This document shows, piece after piece, positions 58,880 to 64,000 of a stretch of 64,000 nt of DNA; the stretch's first letter is position 1, and each line of letters opens with the position of its first letter. The notes under the pieces are model-generated. The model searched no databases. It was not told the origin of the DNA and saw only the letters and a list, made by a program, of their open reading frames with translations. A program made the position numbers and the translations under genes. The DNA comes from a bacterium. GTDB lineage: Bacteria; Ratteibacteria; UBA8468; B48-G9; JAFGKM01. The stretch covers positions 22,060 through 86,059 of the forward strand of contig JALNXB010000003.1 in assembly GCA_023230585.1 (NCBI GenBank), written 5' to 3'.

Positions 58880-59935
58880 TTACTCTTCTACTGGTTCCCC
58901 GCACGAGTTCAATAGCCATCTTGGTCGCTTAATAAATGGACCATTATTGAAAACTTGTTCTATCTCATTGCTTTTTTCAAGGTAATTAAAGCAACTGCGC
59001 ATACATCCACGCGAACCACCTATACCTAAACCTCTCTGCCCCCAATGGCTGATATAATAATGGCCTTCTATAATATATCCAGAAGGATGTTCTTCTGTTT
59101 TACGCCATTGCCCAGTAGACATAGGCCAGCAGAATTTATATGCGGTTTCTTCAGAAACATCTTGTTTCATCACATCAAAACAATATCCAGGCATGGCCTC
59201 TGATATGAACGGCGATAATCTTGGGTCTCCGCCATGATACATCAGGGTACATTTACCCATATCAACATCTGCCCAGCGATAGATTTTGTCTTCAATTTTT
59301 ATCTCAATAAATTTATTCTCTTTAATATGAGGAATAGCGCCAGTACAGCCCTTTACACATGCCATATCCAGTTTACATATAGAATTTGGCTCAACAAGAG
59401 GGTCTGGCTCAAGTTCAAGATCTGTTAGTATTGCTGCAAGCCTTTGTCTGGGTCCAAATTTTTTCGTAAGAAACACCTTTGACCACCCTATTTCTCCCAC
59501 TCCGGCAGCAACCCCTGCAATCCTTATAGCAAGATTAACATCAGGAACAATGCCCCCTTTTCTTAATGGTTTTGCATCAGGTGGAGGGTTCGTAAACGCC
59601 AAACCAGAATACGCAGGAACACCTTCATAACCAAAATTTTCTATAAAACAACAGGTCTCATAAAGAGGCATTTGTAGAAAGAAGGTATTAAGAAGCCCTG
59701 AATAATCAAAATAAGAATAATTAGGCCAGTAAGTACCTTCCTCTATCCCTCTCCATCCTCCTCTTACAATCCTTCTGCCAACGACTATCACCGACTTTAC
59801 TTCAGGAAAAATGCTCGCTGGATGCATCCGAGCAGGAGCACCTTCAAATCTTTCAATGTTTGCAACCCCAAAAAGGTCAAGCCCTCTTGATAAGGCATAT
59901 TCTTTTATTTCCTTTTTTGTTGGTTTTCTTTTCAT
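58880..59935 (-). CDS. QueG/reductive-dehalogenase-like Fe-S protein (family uncertain)
   Basis: The N-terminus KEIKEYALSRGLDLFGVANIERF is the characteristic QueG/RdhA N-terminal block (...GaDlvGvA...). Cys-containing segments CKLDMACVKGC and CTLMYHGG are consistent with [4Fe-4S] ligation. There is no TAT signal. A paralog lies at 60268..61113. Confidence 0.4.
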   Translation of the reverse strand: MKRKPTKKEIKEYALSRGLDLFGVANIERFEGAPARMHPASIFPEVKSVIVVGRRIVRGGWRGIEEGTYWPNYSYFDYSGLLNTFFLQMPLYETCCFIENFGYEGVPAYSGLAFTNPPPDAKPLRKGGIVPDVNLAIRIAGVAAGVGEIGWSKVFLTKKFGPRQRLAAILTDLELEPDPLVEPNSICKLDMACVKGCTGAIPHIKENKFIEIKIEDKIYRWADVDMGKCTLMYHGGDPRLSPFISEAMPGYCFDVMKQDVSEETAYKFCWPMSTGQWRKTEEHPSGYIIEGHYYISHWGQRGLGIGGSRGCMRSCFNYLEKSNEIEQVFNNGPFIKRPRWLLNSCGEPVEE

Positions 59936-60029
59936 TTGTTTCTCTCCATATTATAAATGGTTCTACCAAATTCAACGCTTTTTGCTTGTCTTACGAGGAG
60001 CGACTTAGCTCAATGTTTCTGTGGGAACT

Positions 60030-60240
60030 TGTCCCGAGTACCCCCGAGGGATAAAACTTGTAAGGCAAACTACAAAAAAACGAGATTCCGGATCAAGTCT
60101 GGAATGACATATAAGGGGGTAACCCTCGTCTTTATCCTATACACTATTGTTTATTACCCTTCCTTTTCCGCCTTCGGCGAGATTGCCACGCTAAGAGGCG
60201 CTCGCAAAGACGGAATGGGGGTAACGTATAAAAACGAAAG
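60030..60240. repeat. Modular intergenic repeat, copy R9 (modules D, A, C)
   Basis: gtcccgagtacccccgaggg (D), aaaaacgagattccggatcaagtctggaatgacatataaggggg (A) and ccttccttttccgccttcggcgagattgccacgctaagaggcgctcgcaaagacgg (C). These are the same modules as copy R6 in a different order. Confidence 0.7.
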
Positions 60241-60267
60241 CGTAAAGCAAAAGCCCCACCACAGACG

Positions 60268-61113
60268 TTAAATTTTAAACAGGTTAGTGTCAGGAAGTAC
60301 TACCCAAGGTTTTCTCTGTCTAAAATCCAACTCAAACTTGTTTTTTATTCTGTTGTTTCTCTCAAGATAATCAGAATAACTTCTTATACATACCGCTGCC
60401 AATCTATCAGGTTTACCGGCGGGGTGAGAAGGGTTTGCCATTGCTCCATTTTTACAGGATGAACAAATATTGTAGTCAATTTCTGCTACAAGCATCTTCT
60501 TACCAGCAATAGTAATTTCTTTTTCCCCTATAAATGCTCCAAGCGGACAGAAGTTTTTAAATTCGCTCTCACGCGGGCAAATATCTTCAACAACTATAGG
60601 GTCAGGTTCAATCTCAGCATCAGTAAGAATCATCTGTATACGTTGACGAGGTCCAAATTCTGGTGTAACAAGAACCCCACAGTACCCTATCTCTCCGACT
60701 CCTGCCCTAACTGCTGCATCTTCAAAATCAAGAAGAACATTCGGCTTTAATCCCCCTTGTTTAACTGAAACACCCATTGTTGGAACTTCAGGCGGAATAT
60801 TAGGTAGAGGCACGGCTTCCCATCCATTATCCTCAAGAAACTCTGATACTGAGAACGTCGTTACGGCAGTAAACCTATTTTCAAGCCAATCTGCGCCGAA
60901 AAACAGGTAGTTAGTAAAATTGGTACCTTCTTCAACACCCCTCAAAGTCCCTCTTGTAATACGTCTACCGATAATTATTATAGATTTTGTTTCAGGGAAA
61001 ATTGAAGAAGGATGTTTTTCGGCAGGCAATTCTTTGAATCTTTCAATATTTGCTATACCTACAATATCTGCTCCTACCTTTCTTGCGTATTCTTTTAGTC
61101 TGTTTTTGTCCAT
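60268..61113 (-). CDS. QueG/reductive-dehalogenase-like Fe-S protein, shorter paralog
   Basis: MDKNRLKEYARKVGADIVGIANIERFKELPAEKHPSSIFPETKSIIIIGRRITRG is co-linear with 58880..59935 (about 50% identity over the N-terminal 150 aa). CSSCKNGA and CIRSY are Cys motifs. Confidence 0.4.
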   Translation of the reverse strand: MDKNRLKEYARKVGADIVGIANIERFKELPAEKHPSSIFPETKSIIIIGRRITRGTLRGVEEGTNFTNYLFFGADWLENRFTAVTTFSVSEFLEDNGWEAVPLPNIPPEVPTMGVSVKQGGLKPNVLLDFEDAAVRAGVGEIGYCGVLVTPEFGPRQRIQMILTDAEIEPDPIVVEDICPRESEFKNFCPLGAFIGEKEITIAGKKMLVAEIDYNICSSCKNGAMANPSHPAGKPDRLAAVCIRSYSDYLERNNRIKNKFELDFRQRKPWVVLPDTNLFKI

Positions 61114-61339
61114 TTTTGCTCCATTAACAAAGTTTAAATTGTTTTTTTATAGTAACAGAAAGAATTTGAGAAGATATTAATAAATAATATCTCACTTGAT
61201 AAAAATACTGTAGTTTACAGTTTATTTTTAGGTTAAACCTATTAAAACTTGATAGTTTTACTATTATATCACTATATATCGATTTATCAAAATGCGTAAC
61301 TCCTTATACAAATGGGTTTTATGGAAGGGCAAAGGAGAG

Positions 61340-61420
61340 GTGAAATCAGAAAAAGGAAAGAAGAAAAACGAGATTCCGGATCAAGTCCGGAATGACATAT
61401 AAGGGGGCAAAGGCAGAGAA
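61340..61420. repeat. Modular intergenic repeat, copy R10 (module A)
   Basis: aaaaacgagattccggatcaagtccggaatgacatataagggggcaaagg, identical in its core to the copies at 449, 49637 and 60078. Confidence 0.65.
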
Positions 61421-61434
61421 AACAGTATAAATAA

Positions 61435-62766
61435 TTACGGCAGTTGCTTTGGATGAAGCAGAGGGTCGAATTTAAAATCTTTTGTTCCAGTTTCAAATTC
61501 CGCAACTACCTTATTGAGAAGTTTCTTGTCTGTAAAAAGATCGATAGCTGTGCCAGCAAGAACCTTAGCTGCTTTTAACATACCTTTATGGGCAAAAGGT
61601 AATTTTGTTTGCATAGTATATTCTCTGTTATGAGCAGTAGTTCCTTTGCAAACACAAGCAACCGAACACCCTCCCAAAGGAGCCAACCAAGAAACAGTTT
61701 GTTCATCGCTTGACGCTCGCCCTTGAGTACCTTGAAGGTTGGTAGATATTGTTTTTGAAAACTCTCCTTCTTTCCCAAGAAGTTTGACCCTTTCAATATC
61801 AGAGCGACTTACAGTTGGAGGTCCAAAAAGAAGAAAGTTGTCAAGAACTATTTGTGCCATAGATTGATTTTTTAGACGGTTATATATAGCAGAAATTTTT
61901 GAAACTTTCATTTTTGTTTCAGTAGATATAGATGCCCCTTTAGCGCATAGTGTAACCCGGCGGGTAATATCATCTACCTGTTCACGATTTTTGCTTCTTA
62001 CATAGTACCAAATTTTTGCGTATTCAGGTACAACGTTTGGAGCATTACCACCTTCAGATATAACAGAATGTATGCGAACATCCTCTGGAATATGTTCTCT
62101 TAAATAGTTTACAGATATATCCATAAGAATTGCGGCATCGAGAGCACTTCTGCCTTTGTGTGGTGACCCAGCAGCATGAGATGCTTTACCAAAAAACTCA
62201 AATACTAAAGAATCTACAGCAGACCCTCCTGCTGTTCTAATGCTGTTGCTCGCTGAAGGATGCCAACACAAACAAGCGTCCATACCTCTAAAACCTCCAT
62301 CTCGTGCCATATAAGCCTTCCCAGCAGAGGTTTCTTCCGCAGGACAACCCCAGTACACAACCTTACCTTTTAAATTTAACTTTTCAAGAATTCTGCTAAC
62401 AGTTACCACTCCAACTGCAGGTGCAACACCAAGAAGGTTATGTCCACAGCCGTGTCCATAGGTTCCAGGGTTTTCACCGCAGTTTGGTAATGCATCGTAT
62501 TCACCCAACATACCGACAACTGGTTTCCCATCGCCTTTTTCTGCTTTAAAAGCAGTAGGCAAAACCTTGAAAGGCCAAGTGATTTTAAATCCGTTTGATT
62601 CTAAATATTGAGCAATAAGTTTTGAAGATTCTTTTTCCATTAAAGGAGGTTCTGCAAGTTTCCATATCTCATCGGCAAGTTTTACAGCAACATCTTCTTC
62701 TGTTTTCACAATCTTTTTTATCAGATTCTTCTTTTTTTCTGTTTTAATGCCCAATATAGCCTCCAT
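61435..62766 (-). CDS. M20-family amidohydrolase/peptidase (AbgB/HipO-like)
   Basis: 443 aa. Metal-binding blocks are GHGCGHN, the Asp in EYDALP, EETSAGKA and HAAGSPHKG, with the arrangement of the M20D dimerisation domain. Confidence 0.7.
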   Translation of the reverse strand: MEAILGIKTEKKKNLIKKIVKTEEDVAVKLADEIWKLAEPPLMEKESSKLIAQYLESNGFKITWPFKVLPTAFKAEKGDGKPVVGMLGEYDALPNCGENPGTYGHGCGHNLLGVAPAVGVVTVSRILEKLNLKGKVVYWGCPAEETSAGKAYMARDGGFRGMDACLCWHPSASNSIRTAGGSAVDSLVFEFFGKASHAAGSPHKGRSALDAAILMDISVNYLREHIPEDVRIHSVISEGGNAPNVVPEYAKIWYYVRSKNREQVDDITRRVTLCAKGASISTETKMKVSKISAIYNRLKNQSMAQIVLDNFLLFGPPTVSRSDIERVKLLGKEGEFSKTISTNLQGTQGRASSDEQTVSWLAPLGGCSVACVCKGTTAHNREYTMQTKLPFAHKGMLKAAKVLAGTAIDLFTDKKLLNKVVAEFETGTKDFKFDPLLHPKQLP

Positions 62767-62795
62767 TAACTTTAGAAATCTCTCTTTAAAAAATC

Positions 62796-63932
62796 TTATT
62801 TCATATAAGCTTTTGCAACCTTATTGAAAACCTCTATATATTTTTTTAGATGCTCAACTTCATAAATAGGATGAGTAAAAAGAGATATAGTCCTATCAAA
62901 GAGCCATTTTGCTGTCTTACATTCTAATGTTGGGTCATACAAATTGCGTGCTTTCATATAATCAATATATGCCTTCTCTTTATACAACTCAGGCCATAAA
63001 GCTCCGTAGACAGGTACCCCTTCTGCTTCCATTGCTTTTTTAAACTGTTTGATATCAACCTTTAACTTATCTACATCAAGAACAATAGGTGCCCACCAGA
63101 AAGAGTTCTGTCTATCTTGGGTATCAAGCGGTGTATGTAAAACAAGTGGATGAGTTTTGAGAGTTTCAGTTAAAAATCTGCCATACTTTTTTCTTAAAGG
63201 TAAGTTCCAATCATCCATCCTCTCAAGTTCGCATAGACCTAACACCGACTGTATCTCTGTCATTCTATAGTTGAACCCTATCTTATCGTGAGTATAGAGA
63301 AACTCCTGTTCAAATTTAATCATATCCAGTCCTTCATCTGTATTAAAACCGTAGTCTCTCAGAGAAAAACATTTCAGGTATATATCTTTGTTATCAGTAA
63401 TAACAGCGCCACCCTCCCCACCAGTTATTAGGTGTTTGGTATGACACAGGTTAAAACAACCAACATCACCAATAGTGCCTGTTTTTTTACCTTTATACTG
63501 ACCTCCAAAACATTCGGTACAATCCTCCATAACGAAAAGATTGTTTTTTTGTGCAATATCCAAAATAGGCCCCATATCAGACACAACACCGTACATATGA
63601 GAAACTATAATCGCTTTTGTCTTTTTAGTAACCTTTTTTTCTACCTCTTTCGGGTCAATTGTATGAGAAAAATCAACATCTACAAGGATTGGTATTGCCC
63701 CTATATTTAAAATTGCAAATAGAGGAGGGAAATACATATAAGATGGACATATAATCTCGTCCCCCTCGCCTAACCCTGCAGCCAAAAGAGCTAAATGAAA
63801 CGCACCATACTCGTTTACTGTTGTTACACAGTATTTTGAATTATGCCATTCTGCAAGTTTTTTTTCAAACTGGTTACCGTAAGTGCCACCCCAATAATTA
63901 AGTTTTCTTGTTTTTAGAGGTTCAAGCACCAT
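62796..63932 (-). CDS. DegT/DnrJ/EryC1/StrS-family PLP-dependent sugar aminotransferase
   Basis: Blocks are ...KYCVTTVNEYGAFHLALLAAGLGEGDEIICPSYM, ...AIIVSHMYG and FNLCHTKHLITGEGGAV (PLP-Lys region). 378 aa. Confidence 0.8.
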   Translation of the reverse strand: MVLEPLKTRKLNYWGGTYGNQFEKKLAEWHNSKYCVTTVNEYGAFHLALLAAGLGEGDEIICPSYMYFPPLFAILNIGAIPILVDVDFSHTIDPKEVEKKVTKKTKAIIVSHMYGVVSDMGPILDIAQKNNLFVMEDCTECFGGQYKGKKTGTIGDVGCFNLCHTKHLITGGEGGAVITDNKDIYLKCFSLRDYGFNTDEGLDMIKFEQEFLYTHDKIGFNYRMTEIQSVLGLCELERMDDWNLPLRKKYGRFLTETLKTHPLVLHTPLDTQDRQNSFWWAPIVLDVDKLKVDIKQFKKAMEAEGVPVYGALWPELYKEKAYIDYMKARNLYDPTLECKTAKWLFDRTISLFTHPIYEVEHLKKYIEVFNKVAKAYMK

Positions 63933-64000
63933 ATTGAAAGATTTTTCAGAAAAAGCAGGCCATCCAGGAAACGGTTTATTGTTAACTGGAGTTCCGCCTT

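Overview
This is an AT-rich (roughly 35-40% GC by eye), gene-dense bacterial chromosomal segment, most genes on the minus strand. Lineage guess (low confidence): an uncultivated anaerobe, possibly PVC-superphylum or Omnitrophota-like, based on DUF1559 pseudopilins, Etf with a ferredoxin domain, IorAB, and partial V-type ATPase. Left to right the window holds: two tandem Eis-like GNAT acetyltransferase paralogs; an outer-membrane beta-barrel; two tandem [phenylacetate-CoA ligase + ACT-domain protein + Na/solute symporter] cassettes (the second symporter frameshifted), divergent from indolepyruvate:ferredoxin oxidoreductase iorAB; SGNH hydrolase, lipoprotein, ceramidase-like hydrolase; a 1401-aa secreted LamG/TPR/beta-helix/CBM9-like protein; a truncated V-type ATPase cluster (K-E-[UDG4]-C); etfBA; an unusual rpsP-trmD-(Gfo/Idh/MocA)-rplS-yraN block; a UPF0371 protein, coaC and tRNA-Arg(CCT). 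Downstream of the tRNA is an accessory island: an IS1634-family IS with 21-bp perfect TIRs, a PD-(D/E)xK-like ORF, a degenerate LAGLIDADG pseudogene, a polytopic membrane protein carrying a GT51 peptidoglycan-transglycosylase domain, and a candidate two-gene ATP-dependent restriction-modification-like system (a 1113-aa gamma-class N6-adenine MTase/TRD protein with a frameshifted C-terminal tail, translationally coupled to a 1121-aa PLD-nuclease::SNF2-helicase fusion). The right part holds a GH42-like protein plus NamZ-like exo-MurNAc-ase, an Isf-like flavoprotein, a lexA-orf-dinB SOS cassette with an 18-bp perfect palindrome in its promoter, a beta-propeller repeat protein, a beta-helix/PKD secreted protein, two DUF1559 pseudopilins, two QueG/Rdh-like Fe-S paralogs, an M20 amidohydrolase and a DegT aminotransferase. 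At least ten intergenic regions carry copies of a modular, mosaic repeat family (MITE/REP-like). No CRISPR array or rRNA was seen.
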